Assembly (NCBI GenBank): GCA_016934605.1
Contig: JAFGSO010000075.1
Location: 1 to 45,988 of the forward strand
Length of the DNA stretch: 45,988 bases
DNA from: Calditrichota bacterium
Lineage (GTDB): Bacteria; Calditrichota; Calditrichia; RBG-13-44-9
Direction of reading: 5' to 3'
Shown here piece after piece: positions 8,849 through 19,150 of this stretch. A program made the position numbers and the translations under genes. Under the pieces are notes generated by a model. The model saw nothing but the letters and a program-made list of their open reading frames with translations. It made no database searches and had not been told where the DNA came from. Within the stretch, counting starts at the first letter, position 1; each line of letters starts with the position of its first letter.

Positions 8849-11800
8849 TTATTTCAGCAACATCATTCTTTTGACCGTGCGGTGCTGGTTGGCCTGTACG
8901 TGATAGAAGTACATGCCGCTGGCCAGCCTGGAGGCATTAAACTGAATCTTATGATAACCCGGATTCAGTTTTCCGTTAAAGATTTCAGTCACTTTCTGGC
9001 CAAGCACATTATATACGGTAATCTTCACATCAGCCAGCTCCGGAATGGACAGATTGATGGTCGTTGTCGGATTAAACGGATTGGGATAATTCTGACTGAC
9101 CTCAAACCTTTCCGGAATCTGAACAAGATCCGTTTCAATAGCCACAAGCGTATCGTTGGATACCACCTTTTCGAAGCTGTATGAAGAGACACCATTATTG
9201 GTAATCAGCTCGATCAGGGAATTATTCACCGGACTATAAACTGCTCCGCCGGTGGCATTTCCGTTAGTGTTGGTTGAATATGCCGGTGTACCGGCAGGAA
9301 GCACTTCCAGCTGAGTACAGAGGCTGTCTCCCGGTTCTCCGAGCAGTTCAACTACCTTCGTCCCCGGACCGGTATGCCATCCGTTAGTAACGGAAACGAA
9401 GCGTCTGGTAGTATCATCCGTGGTAGTCACCTCAAAATAATTTATAGCTGTTCCGGAAACCACCGCGGTGTCGAATACATGCACTTCGGTACCATCCCGC
9501 TTGATATACCGTGGGGCGGTAAACGGGCCATTGATGAAGAAGTAATCGCTGTCTCCAACCCGGCTGATGCCATAGCGGGCGGCATCGGCTGTTGCCAGCG
9601 GAATGGTATCCGTTGGTACGAAGCTGTTTCCATCGGTGGTACCGAATACGTATATCTTATCTCCACCGCTGCCCGTTGTGTAAACTTCCACATCCAGCCC
9701 GGTTCCGCTCACGGCAAGGATATCGCCATTCCGATCGGTTAGCGGAGCACTGTGAACCAGCTGCATGGTTGCATTTTCATCGGCCCAGCGGTACAGATTG
9801 AAATTGCCGCCGGGAGATGACAGGTTGGATGCAAAAATCTGACCGTCTTCCGTAGCGGCAATAGCACTAATTTTGATATATCCACCCGAGACCAGGGCAG
9901 AGAGATCCATATCCGTCACAAAATCACCCGTCTGAGCGTCAAACGCCTTCACGTAATCACCAACTCCCTGCGGATGAGCCACAAAATAAAGGTGGTTGGT
10001 TGCCAGACTGTACGCGATAGTACGCGGAGCGTTAGCCGAGGCACCCATCCAGGCGGCGGTATCGGCCATGAGCCTCCACTCCAGCGGCCACAGTTCATAA
10101 CTGGAACCGGTGAGATAGATTTCATACTCTCCGACATTGGAATAAATCCGCATGGTATCGGTTAGTGTATCGGGATATAATGGAGCGTACGTCACCGGGA
10201 CAATCAGTGTGGAATCCGGTTCGATCACCGTACCACTGTCCAGTGTGGCAGACGTACTGAAGTGAGGTGACTGGAAGGTTACACCGGTTACTACAAAATC
10301 GGCTGACCCGATATTCTGAATAGAGAGGTCAAACGACTCACTGCCATTCACCGGAACGACACCAAAATCGTAACTGGTTGTGGAAAAGAGCGGAATGGCA
10401 ACATTCACGGACATGGTATAAGCTCCGACTCCGTTGTTGGTACCCAGCACATACAGCGTATAAGTACCGTCTCCGTTATCCTTGAAATCCACATCACCGG
10501 CACCATTGCCGTTGGTATTGGTACCGAGAGTCGGAGTTTCGCCGATACTGACCGCTCCGGCTGCTCCGGCAGTGACATCCAGCACTCTGGCATTTTCCTT
10601 ATTGAACCACTGATAGGTAATTACATAGGGTGTTCCGCCGGCTTCAAAATAGCGGATGGCACTGCTGCCGGTGCCAACCAGATCACCACTGATGCTTCCC
10701 AGCGTATCACCGGTACTGGTTACTTCATAGGGATTAATACCGTTGCCGTTCACATAAAAGTCAACAGCACCGAAATCTTTGGGGCCAACTGACGGCATGG
10801 AGCCGAAGCTGGCAATATTGGTCACGGTAATTTCAGCAGGAGTAGCGTTGAATGTTCCGCCACTCATGGTCCATTTCAGAACAATATTGCTGTTAGCAGC
10901 TGCAGCGTACACCTCCGCCGTTCCGGCCGAATAATCTCCCACTACGGTCAGTTTATCTCCCAGACGATAGGCATTGGGATTGTTGAAAACAATCACCTCT
11001 TCCCGAACGGCCGTTTCACTATCCCACTTATATACCTTGAAGTCACCGGTGATAAACGGCGGCGCAATCAGGTTGCATCCGAAGATGATGCCATCATCGG
11101 AAACTTCCACGTCTTCCACCCGGGTGCCGCTCTGGTTCAGCACACCAACCGAATCTCCGGTGGCAGCATCCAGAATCACCACGCCGGAAGTACCATGATT
11201 TGCCACATAGATGCGCTCATTGCGGCCGACCATTCCATAGGCCAGTGCACGGCGGGAATCCCCGGTGTCAAACCAGCCGGGCAAATTTCCCTGAGCGGCG
11301 GACAGTTCCCACACCGTGTCAAATGCTGGCGGAGGCACCGTTACATCAATGACATCCAGTGAATCACGGGGCGCCAGTTTATAGTCATCGAAGGAAAAAT
11401 ATCCGCATCCGGTGACATCATAGGCATTCCCACTGTCCGGCACAAAAGCATACATCAGATCGTCAATTCGTATAGCCCCGGTACCGTCATCAATCTCCCA
11501 TTCGCCGTAACCAAGATCAGGATTGGTGCAGATGGCGTTAGACACTGACACCAGAACGCCTTCATATTTTTCCTGCGGATACTCACCGGTCGTGATAGCC
11601 TCGGCGGCCGGCAAGATATTCCCACTGGAATTAATATTCAGGGAGACAATATTTTTCAATTCGGTGAGATCATAATATTCATCCACTTCGGCAATAATAG
11701 TGATATCATCACCCCGCTGGACAGTGGGTACACTTCCGGTATAAACATAGACACCGTTCCATCCACCGGGAGCATCCTGTAAAAAGAATCCCTGAGAACC

Positions 11801-13840
11801 CACACCGGTAACAAGACCGGAAGTCCTCACCGTGTCCCCTTCCAGCGGAGACGGACCGGCAAGACTATCGGAAGTTAGCTGAATCTCAGCAATGGTAACG
11901 GTGGGAATCACCACACCCGGTACTTCCACATTCCAGGCAGCAATACCATTATTGGTGATCAGCTGGAACAGGGTGATAGTATTATCCGGATTGCTTTTAA
12001 TCGCAATTTCAGCTGCGGCATTGGCATTGGTATTATACACATTCGATAGTTGAGCCCGTGAATAAAAATCCGGATTCACCTCGTCTCCGGTGATGTCCCA
12101 CATCTGGACCTGTTTTCCCAGAGAAGTACTGTTGTTACCGGCAATGGCAACAAATTTACTGCCGGCACCGGTCTCAACATAACGGACATTGTACCAGGAT
12201 CCCGAAACAATACCGGTATTAATCTGGGCAATATTGTTTCCGCTGGCATCGATGTGAGTAACAGGTGTACCGGAGCCATTCACCCATAATTCCGCTGCCA
12301 AACCGCTGCCGATGGGCGAAATGCCACCACGGGCAAGTCCGGCTGCGGAAAGAGGAATGGGGGTGTCTTCGGTGAAATTAATGCCATCCGTTGTGGTATA
12401 GCGATAAATACTGGAATTGCCGGATCCGCTGGCATAAAGCACCGTATTTACTCCCGTTCCCGATACATTAATCACATCTCCGGCCCGACCCGGTACAGTG
12501 TCGAGCACAGCAACCGTGGGAACAGCAGTTTCATTTTCCCAGCGATAGATCTTGAAAACACCATTGGCCAGAGCCAGGTTACACAGGTAAATAACCCCAT
12601 CGTCATCTGCTTTAACAATATTGATGGGATAAGTTCCGCCACTCACGCCGGTCATATCCAGCTGACCCAGAGAATCACCGTTCGCGGGATCCAGGATATA
12701 GACGTTGGGTGCTCCGGTCCGGCTGGCCACCAGCACATGATCTGTTGCCAGATTGTAGGCCAGTCCTCTCATATTATTGTCATTGGCTATGAAGGAGAGA
12801 GACCCCACACTTTTTTCCCACAGTCTGTTGAAAAATGACGGTTCAACTGTCCAGCGGGCAATTCCGTTATTGGTTACCAGCTGATAGACCGTGAGTGTTC
12901 CATCAGTATTTTCCAGCAGCTGAACATCAGCTGTAGCATTGGTATTGGCGTTATAGACATTGGTCAGCTCCACTGTGGCATACCAGGTGGGATTGACTTC
13001 GTCATCGGTCACATCCCAGATCTGAACCTGGCGACCCAGACTGGTGCTGTTATTTCCAACTACGGCTACAAACTTTTTGCCGGCAGAAGTCTCAATATAA
13101 TCCACATTGAACCAGGAACCGGACACCACACCGGTATTAATCTGCGCAACATTCGTCCCCGCCGCGTCCACATGCGTTACGGGTGTGCCGGACCCATTGA
13201 CCCATACCCCGGACGATAATCCGGTGCTAATCGGGGAGATACCGCCACGGGCCAGACCGGCAGCAGAGAGCGGAATAGGGGTGTCCTCAGTAAAATTAAT
13301 ACCATCTGTTGTGGTATAGCGATAGATACTCGAATTTTGTGATCCGCTGGCATAAAGCACCGTATTTACTCCCGTTCCAGAAACATTCATGACATCACCT
13401 GCACGGGCAGTTACTGAATCTTCCACTGCAACTGTGGGCGTTGCCGTTTCATTCTCCCAGCGATAAATTTTCAATACATAGGAACCAATGGCTGGCACTG
13501 CCAAGTTACAGACATAGATCACTCCATCGTCATCTGTACGGACGATATTAATGGGATATGTTCCACCACCCACACCCGTCATATCCAGTTGGCCCAGAGA
13601 ATCACCGTTTGCAGCGTCCAGGATATAGACATTGGGAGCGCCGGTCCGGGTCGCTACCAGCAGGTGATCCGAGACGGGATTATAGGCCATGGCACGGGTG
13701 TTGTTATCTGCCACAAACCAGGTAAAGGAACTGTCGCTCTTTTCCCATTCCTTTGTTACGTAAGACTGCGGTAAAGCAATTGTGCTCATCATGCCAATCA
13801 GCACGATGATCAGGGTAACGTAAAAAAATTTTTGCTGCAT
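8849..13840 (-). CDS. Giant secreted T9SS cargo protein: four copies of a ~300-aa module, an OB-fold-like insert, an Ig-like domain and a C-terminal sorting domain
   Basis: The ORF is open to 13894. The ATG at 13840 is preceded by AGGAGG and begins a signal peptide (MQQKFFYVTLIIVLIGMMSTIALPQ). The C-terminus is SQNYPNPFNPTTTINL...GMYFYHV...KRMMLLK. Confidence 0.85.
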   Translation of the reverse strand: MQQKFFYVTLIIVLIGMMSTIALPQSYVTKEWEKSDSSFTWFVADNNTRAMAYNPVSDHLLVATRTGAPNVYILDAANGDSLGQLDMTGVGGGTYPINIVRTDDDGVIYVCNLAVPAIGSYVLKIYRWENETATPTVAVEDSVTARAGDVMNVSGTGVNTVLYASGSQNSSIYRYTTTDGINFTEDTPIPLSAAGLARGGISPISTGLSSGVWVNGSGTPVTHVDAAGTNVAQINTGVVSGSWFNVDYIETSAGKKFVAVVGNNSTSLGRQVQIWDVTDDEVNPTWYATVELTNVYNANTNATADVQLLENTDGTLTVYQLVTNNGIARWTVEPSFFNRLWEKSVGSLSFIANDNNMRGLAYNLATDHVLVASRTGAPNVYILDPANGDSLGQLDMTGVSGGTYPINIVKADDDGVIYLCNLALANGVFKIYRWENETAVPTVAVLDTVPGRAGDVINVSGTGVNTVLYASGSGNSSIYRYTTTDGINFTEDTPIPLSAAGLARGGISPIGSGLAAELWVNGSGTPVTHIDASGNNIAQINTGIVSGSWYNVRYVETGAGSKFVAIAGNNSTSLGKQVQMWDITGDEVNPDFYSRAQLSNVYNTNANAAAEIAIKSNPDNTITLFQLITNNGIAAWNVEVPGVVIPTVTIAEIQLTSDSLAGPSPLEGDTVRTSGLVTGVGSQGFFLQDAPGGWNGVYVYTGSVPTVQRGDDITIIAEVDEYYDLTELKNIVSLNINSSGNILPAAEAITTGEYPQEKYEGVLVSVSNAICTNPDLGYGEWEIDDGTGAIRIDDLMYAFVPDSGNAYDVTGCGYFSFDDYKLAPRDSLDVIDVTVPPPAFDTVWELSAAQGNLPGWFDTGDSRRALAYGMVGRNERIYVANHGTSGVVILDAATGDSVGVLNQSGTRVEDVEVSDDGIIFGCNLIAPPFITGDFKVYKWDSETAVREEVIVFNNPNAYRLGDKLTVVGDYSAGTAEVYAAAANSNIVLKWTMSGGTFNATPAEITVTNIASFGSMPSVGPKDFGAVDFYVNGNGINPYEVTSTGDTLGSISGDLVGTGSSAIRYFEAGGTPYVITYQWFNKENARVLDVTAGAAGAVSIGETPTLGTNTNGNGAGDVDFKDNGDGTYTLYVLGTNNGVGAYTMSVNVAIPLFSTTSYDFGVVPVNGSESFDLSIQNIGSADFVVTGVTFQSPHFSTSATLDSGTVIEPDSTLIVPVTYAPLYPDTLTDTMRIYSNVGEYEIYLTGSSYELWPLEWRLMADTAAWMGASANAPRTIAYSLATNHLYFVAHPQGVGDYVKAFDAQTGDFVTDMDLSALVSGGYIKISAIAATEDGQIFASNLSSPGGNFNLYRWADENATMQLVHSAPLTDRNGDILAVSGTGLDVEVYTTGSGGDKIYVFGTTDGNSFVPTDTIPLATADAARYGISRVGDSDYFFINGPFTAPRYIKRDGTEVHVFDTAVVSGTAINYFEVTTTDDTTRRFVSVTNGWHTGPGTKVVELLGEPGDSLCTQLEVLPAGTPAYSTNTNGNATGGAVYSPVNNSLIELITNNGVSSYSFEKVVSNDTLVAIETDLVQIPERFEVSQNYPNPFNPTTTINLSIPELADVKITVYNVLGQKVTEIFNGKLNPGYHKIQFNASRLASGMYFYHVQANQHRTVKRMMLLK
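11921..13753 (-). repeat. Intragenic tandem duplication (two ~920-nt copies) encoding repeat modules 1 and 2 of the giant protein
   Basis: Residues ~48-356 and ~357-658 are highly similar. The DNA copies retain a 38-nt identical run (12423-12460 and 13341-13378, offset 918 nt). Confidence 0.85.
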
Positions 13841-13921
13841 AATGTACCTCCTGCTTTTTGGATGAATTTTATATGCCTGAATGATGCCGGACAATTAAAT
13901 GAGAATATTATCAGATAAGTA

Positions 13922-15190
13922 TTAAACCTCCTCTGTTAGCTTTATTGTTTTTCGGGAGTGATTGAAATTTCGTTTTAAGGGGGGTTCAAATATCAAGCGT
14001 AATGCCATGTTCACAGCCCCGGTAATACAGGCAGAATTTCCCAGTTCCCCAATAACAATTGAGGTTTTCTGAAATGGAATATTCAGCATCTGCTGCTTGA
14101 CAAGTTGTCTTACTTTCTGTAGCAGATAGTCTGAGTTCTCTACAACATTGCCACTCAGGATCACCAGATTTGGATTCATGGTTTTCAGCAGATTGGTACA
14201 TATCACAGCAATCAGAAATGCATATTCGTCAAGAACTTCCTGAACAGCCGGATTTCCACGATCGCCTTCCTTTAACATCGATTTCAGATTGCCATTTTGC
14301 ATTTTTTTATCTGTATTACCGGAATTCCACTGCAGTTTCATCTTGAGGGTTTCGTAAAGATGCTCCTCGCGAAGAATCTCTCCGAAATAATGCTGATTGG
14401 CATACAGGTTTTTCAGGTATTCTCTATTGGCAAGACAATGTCCCAGTTCCAGGTAACCGATTTCTCCGGCACTCCCGCTATTACCACGGATCAGATGATT
14501 ATCTACAATGATTCCAGCACCGATTCCGGCACCGATCCAGATACAAATGAGGTTGGATTCATTACGCCCCGCTCCTGCCAGGTGTTCTCCCGTGGCCATC
14601 GCATTTACATCATTTTCCAGGATGGTTGTTATCCCGAAACGTTCAGTGAATCGGTCACTTATGGGTATATTTCCCCATCCAGTCAGCGTATCTGCAAAAT
14701 GGAGATAACCTTTTTGGTAATTCACTATTCCCGGAATTCCAATCCCGATTCCGGTGAGCCGGGAAACGTCGATATTCAGTTTAGTCAGTAAGCTGTCAAT
14801 CTCCCGGACAACCCGATCGAACCAGGTATCAAAAGAAATACCGGCATTATAATCAAAAATATGTTCCCCCAGAATGTGAGATTCAATATTCGCCAGAGCA
14901 AAATGAGTCATTTTTCGCTTAATATCAATTCCGATTACATAACTGCTTTCCGGATTCAGCCTTATCAGGGTGGGACGTTTCCCCCCTCTTTCAGTTGATT
15001 CCCCTTTTCCTATTTCCATCACATAACCGGCTTCCACCAATCTGTTCACAATATCGGATATGGCCACCTTGGAAATGGTTGTCTGATTTGCGAGTTCGAT
15101 CCGGGAAATCTGCTCATGTTCACGGATAAGATTCAGGATTCTAAATTCGTTTAGTTCTTTAATCAGTTTCGAATTCGCTTTTCTGTCCAT
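13922..15190 (-). CDS. ROK-family transcriptional regulator (NagC/XylR-like) lacking the canonical zinc motif
   Basis: 422-aa ORF. The N-terminal winged-HTH region reads ISRIELANQTTISKVAISDIVNRLVEAGYV. ROK glycine-rich blocks are GIGIGIPG and GIGAGIIVDNHLIRGNSGSAGEIGY. No CxCGxxGC motif follows. Confidence 0.75.
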   Translation of the reverse strand: MDRKANSKLIKELNEFRILNLIREHEQISRIELANQTTISKVAISDIVNRLVEAGYVMEIGKGESTERGGKRPTLIRLNPESSYVIGIDIKRKMTHFALANIESHILGEHIFDYNAGISFDTWFDRVVREIDSLLTKLNIDVSRLTGIGIGIPGIVNYQKGYLHFADTLTGWGNIPISDRFTERFGITTILENDVNAMATGEHLAGAGRNESNLICIWIGAGIGAGIIVDNHLIRGNSGSAGEIGYLELGHCLANREYLKNLYANQHYFGEILREEHLYETLKMKLQWNSGNTDKKMQNGNLKSMLKEGDRGNPAVQEVLDEYAFLIAVICTNLLKTMNPNLVILSGNVVENSDYLLQKVRQLVKQQMLNIPFQKTSIVIGELGNSACITGAVNMALRLIFEPPLKRNFNHSRKTIKLTEEV

Positions 15191-15227
15191 CTTTTTCCCT
15201 GCATATAACGATTAGTGAGCTTAAATT

Positions 15228-17081
15228 TTACTTCAGAATCATCATTTTTCTGGCAATGCTTTCCTGGTCACTTTTTAATACATAGTGGTAAATACCGCTG
15301 GTTAAATTGGTTGAGTTAACTGTGACGCTGTGTTCACCTGCCGAAATTTTTCCCTGAAAAACGTTCCTGACCAATCGCCCCAGGATATCATAAATCAGAA
15401 TACAAACCTCGTTTGAATGAGGAATCCGAAACCGAATGGTAGTGGATGAATTAAACGGATTGGGATAATTCTGAAGAAGCTGCCATCCTTCAACCGGATT
15501 TGTAATGGCGGATTTTTCCGGAATTCCGGTTATCATGGAAGCTCTGTTTGAATTTAAGAGCATTACCGCATCGGTGAACAGAATTTTGCTGCCGGTATTT
15601 TCATTATCCAGCCGTAAAAAGGTAGCCGAATCACCCTGTTCAAGATAATAATCCCCTATTTTGTGCCAGCGGGCATTGCCCTCCAGGCTCTGATCAACAT
15701 ATACCGTGTCAATCCCTGCGGAATGAAGCACTTGATAAGCGGCCTGTTGAGTGGCATTAAACTGGTAAATTAGATATGCATACAGCTCATACCAGCCAGA
15801 TCGTGGTATATCTGCTGAATATTCAATCCATTCGCCACCTCCGCCCAGGCTATAGAGACAACCATTCTCAAAACCGGGTAGAGTGGAATAAACCGTCCAT
15901 CCGGATGATCTTTGAATTCCCGGATCATCCTCATTTACGATGATCGCCGGCTGGCGCCAGTCTACAAGGCGATTCGGTATAGAAACCGGTGTTAGATAGA
16001 CACTGTCCCGTAATTCCGGCAGGTCGTCTGCCACGGTGTTATAATACCAGATTACATGGCCGGGAAGTCCGCGGTTCCGGATGGTCTCAATCATACCGAT
16101 AATTTCACCGGTCGGTACCAGATAAGAATTTGTTATGGAGGTGAGACCCGGATAGAAGCGGCTGGGATCGTTTACATAATTTAATTGCAGGTCAAGTTCG
16201 TAGGTAAAGGAGGCATTGCTTGAACGGTAGACCTGAGGCGTCACAAAGTCCAGATGACCTTCGTTTATCCAGGGTCTCCAGTCCTGACAGAAATTGTCAT
16301 AGCCATAGGGATAAACAATGGGTGCATTACTGATTTCCAGATCGGGACGGACCGCCTTGAGGCTATCATAAGCCCGGGCCATGAATTCGGTCAATTTCTC
16401 AGCTCGCCAGCGTCTCCATTCGGGATCGGAAATGTTCTGAGGTGGTGGATTCCCATTGTGATCGTTTTTATACAGTTGAATCGTCACGGAATCATATCCA
16501 CAGTCCAGCTCAGGATAACGAACCCGATCGAATTCAATACCATCCACATCATATCGTGTCACCACTTCCTGACAGAGGTCGATAAGGAACTGCTGAGCAT
16601 CGGGATTGGTATGGGCCAACCATTTGTATTCGTAGGCACCATTGAAAAGCACCGATCCGCTCCTGCTTCGGGAAAACCAGTCCGGATGCACCTGATACAG
16701 ATGATCCGAACTGCCCTGACATGCCACGAATCCATATTCAAACCAGGCCTCCACATGCAATCCCACACGATGTCCCTCAGCGATCATGTCTTCAAGCACA
16801 TCCCGGCCTTGAGGCAGGGCCGGATCTGTCCACAGACCGGTTTCATTATAAAAAACCTGACTTTTAAAATAAGGATAACTGAACCTCCAGACATCCACAT
16901 ACACGGTATTCAGATTATGTGCAGCCACATCTTCCATCCAGGCAGCTATCTGTTCTTTCGAGGGTATATTGGATCCCGCCCAGGCAATCCAGACACCGCG
17001 GAGTTCCGGATCCTGAGACCGTAGGTTTGCCTGAGAAAGCAACATCAATGAAAAAGAGAAAATGAAGAATTTCTGTAACAT
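15228..17081 (-). CDS. GHL10-family (PF02638/DUF187-like) putative glycosidase, paralogue 1, with accessory module and T9SS sorting domain
   Basis: The ORF is open to a TTG at 17099. The ATG at 17081 follows GAGGGG and starts a signal peptide. Blocks are LRGVWIAW, EAWFEYGF, DGIEFDRVRYP and PQVYR. The C-terminus is LQNYPNPFNSSTTIRF...GIYHYVL...KMMILK. Confidence 0.75.
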   Translation of the reverse strand: MLQKFFIFSFSLMLLSQANLRSQDPELRGVWIAWAGSNIPSKEQIAAWMEDVAAHNLNTVYVDVWRFSYPYFKSQVFYNETGLWTDPALPQGRDVLEDMIAEGHRVGLHVEAWFEYGFVACQGSSDHLYQVHPDWFSRSRSGSVLFNGAYEYKWLAHTNPDAQQFLIDLCQEVVTRYDVDGIEFDRVRYPELDCGYDSVTIQLYKNDHNGNPPPQNISDPEWRRWRAEKLTEFMARAYDSLKAVRPDLEISNAPIVYPYGYDNFCQDWRPWINEGHLDFVTPQVYRSSNASFTYELDLQLNYVNDPSRFYPGLTSITNSYLVPTGEIIGMIETIRNRGLPGHVIWYYNTVADDLPELRDSVYLTPVSIPNRLVDWRQPAIIVNEDDPGIQRSSGWTVYSTLPGFENGCLYSLGGGGEWIEYSADIPRSGWYELYAYLIYQFNATQQAAYQVLHSAGIDTVYVDQSLEGNARWHKIGDYYLEQGDSATFLRLDNENTGSKILFTDAVMLLNSNRASMITGIPEKSAITNPVEGWQLLQNYPNPFNSSTTIRFRIPHSNEVCILIYDILGRLVRNVFQGKISAGEHSVTVNSTNLTSGIYHYVLKSDQESIARKMMILK

Positions 17082-17107
17082 CAATATCAATCCCCTCAAA
17101 AGACTGA

Positions 17108-17134
17108 AACCGTCCCGAATGAATCAGGACGGTT
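17108..17134 (-). other. Intercistronic stem-loop between the 656-aa cargo gene and GHL10 paralogue 1
   Basis: AACCGTCC (17108-17115) pairs with GGACGGTT (17127-17134). An alternative pairing GAATGAA (17117-17123) with TTCATTC (17133-17139) overlaps it. Only a weak T-run follows on the minus strand. Confidence 0.35.
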
Positions 17135-17153
17135 CATTCATATCTCAGTAAAC

Positions 17154-19124
17154 TTACTTCATGAGAATCATCTTGCGGGTACCAACGATTTCCCTGTCTG
17201 CCAGCATCCGGTAAAAATAAACTCCGGAGCTTAATACTGCAGGTTTCCATGTTACGGAGTAGCTGCCTGATTGTAACCGCTTATCCAGAATTTTTTCAAC
17301 AAGGCGCCCGGTGATATCATAAACTTCAATAGCCACTTCTGCAGTTCCGGCCACACTGAATTTTATTTCCGTCTGTGGATTGAAGGGATTGGGATAGTTC
17401 TGAAGTAGCTCAAATTCCCGGACTATTTCTATTGGTTCGTGCTCAATCGATGTCACCTGGCCACGGATTTTGACATAGGTAGTATCGGTGGGAAAATATC
17501 CGCTTCCCAATTCAGCAGTATAATAATACTGTGTAAATGTTGCACCATTTCCAATGGGATTTCCCTCAGGAAATGAACACAGCACATTTCCGGAAACACT
17601 ATTCTCCGCTACATACATCATGATGCTGATATCATCGAAGCCGGTTCCGATTCCGGCCGCATTCCGGACAGCAGCCATCTCCACAATCTTTCGCGACCCT
17701 TCATCGCCATAAGCCAGAGCTCCCTGGGAAGCCAGATTGCCGTCAAAGAAAGTCTCGTCCCAGCTGGATCCATTCCACTTGAAGATGGATCCCAGCAGAT
17801 AATCTGCCTGATTATAAGGTTCAACCATGATAACGACATCGGCATTGAAGGAAAGCTGTGTTACACCACCGTAATCGAGGGGAGGTGTGGCAGTACCATT
17901 ACCACCTGCAGGATCCAGGTCGAAAGCTACAAACATATATTTGGTAAGCGTCGGATCGATCAGGGTTTGTCCCCTTACACCCACAAAGACCTTTCCTTCC
18001 GACCAGGTAAGATACATGTCTCTCTCGTTACTGGCCCCCACATGGTCCGTTGGGAAAAAGTCATTAATTCCATCCATGGAAATTTCCAGAGTATCCCGGC
18101 GCGGTGTGGATGCTTTCAGAAGAGTGTCCAGTGTACTGGAGGCAATACTGTTATATCCGAATAACGAAAGGATGGCATGCCTTCTGGAATCGTATGCCAG
18201 AACAGAGGTGGCGTTGATATTGGTGTTATTGACAGAACCGTTATAAATGAGCGGGAGGGAATCGCTGCTCATCCCATAATAATCGAAAGTAACTGTACCA
18301 ATCTGGTCTTCATAGTATTTGGCCGATTTAATACTGATGGCATATCCGTTAGTGACGGTAAGCAGTTTATATTCACCCAGGATCATATGCAGAATGGATG
18401 CCGATCCGCCTGCTGAAAAAATTGAATCGGGAACTGTCGCAATTTGGTCACCGGTATTACTTATCAATCGGGGTGGTGGATAACCGCTGTCCGCACCATT
18501 GATCCAGATATTACCACCCGGAGCTACCGGCGAAATCCCATGCCTGGCATTCCCCGGTTGCGGCAAGGTGATATAGGAATCGAATACCAGCGTTGATCCT
18601 CCCTCATCTCTAAGGACAACCATTTGATCATTTGTCTGACCGGAGGAATAAATATATTTCTGAGAACCAGAGGCAACAGCCGCCAGGGCATCCCCATACC
18701 GTCCATCCGCCAGGGCATCATCAAAAACCAGCTCGGGAGATGCGGTCTCATTCGCGTAACGATAAACTTTAAATGTAGAACCTGGTGTAAACTGAGGAGC
18801 TGAGAGGTTGCAGACGTATATAGTACCGTCATCAGCTATAGCCACCAGATTGATCGGATAAGTTCCTCCGCTGAGAATACCGGTATCCATTTTTCCCAGG
18901 GAGTCACCCGTGGCAGCGTCCAGTATGATAACATCATTTCCATACTTTCTGGTAGCAATCAGCACATGATCCGTGACCTTGTTATAAGCCAGTCCGCGCG
19001 TAACATCGTTTCCCGGATCCATGTAGCGGGATTCGGCCCATCTCACCGGATACTGATTTTGCTGGGCAGGAAGCAAACCGATGCCCAGGCAAAAAACAAT
19101 AAGAACAGTTACAAAGTATTTCAT
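17154..19124 (-). CDS. Secreted T9SS cargo protein carrying one copy of the repeat module found in the giant protein
   Basis: 656-aa ORF with GGAGGAGG upstream of the ATG and a signal peptide. The N-terminal half shares DHVLIATR, ILDAATGDSLG, GGTYPIN, DDGTIYVCNL and KVYRY with 8849-13840. The C-terminus is LQNYPNPFNPQTEIKF...GVYFYRM...RKMILMK. Confidence 0.8.
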   Translation of the reverse strand: MKYFVTVLIVFCLGIGLLPAQQNQYPVRWAESRYMDPGNDVTRGLAYNKVTDHVLIATRKYGNDVIILDAATGDSLGKMDTGILSGGTYPINLVAIADDGTIYVCNLSAPQFTPGSTFKVYRYANETASPELVFDDALADGRYGDALAAVASGSQKYIYSSGQTNDQMVVLRDEGGSTLVFDSYITLPQPGNARHGISPVAPGGNIWINGADSGYPPPRLISNTGDQIATVPDSIFSAGGSASILHMILGEYKLLTVTNGYAISIKSAKYYEDQIGTVTFDYYGMSSDSLPLIYNGSVNNTNINATSVLAYDSRRHAILSLFGYNSIASSTLDTLLKASTPRRDTLEISMDGINDFFPTDHVGASNERDMYLTWSEGKVFVGVRGQTLIDPTLTKYMFVAFDLDPAGGNGTATPPLDYGGVTQLSFNADVVIMVEPYNQADYLLGSIFKWNGSSWDETFFDGNLASQGALAYGDEGSRKIVEMAAVRNAAGIGTGFDDISIMMYVAENSVSGNVLCSFPEGNPIGNGATFTQYYYTAELGSGYFPTDTTYVKIRGQVTSIEHEPIEIVREFELLQNYPNPFNPQTEIKFSVAGTAEVAIEVYDITGRLVEKILDKRLQSGSYSVTWKPAVLSSGVYFYRMLADREIVGTRKMILMK

Positions 19125-19150
19125 GGAAATACCTCCTCCAGATTTATGTA

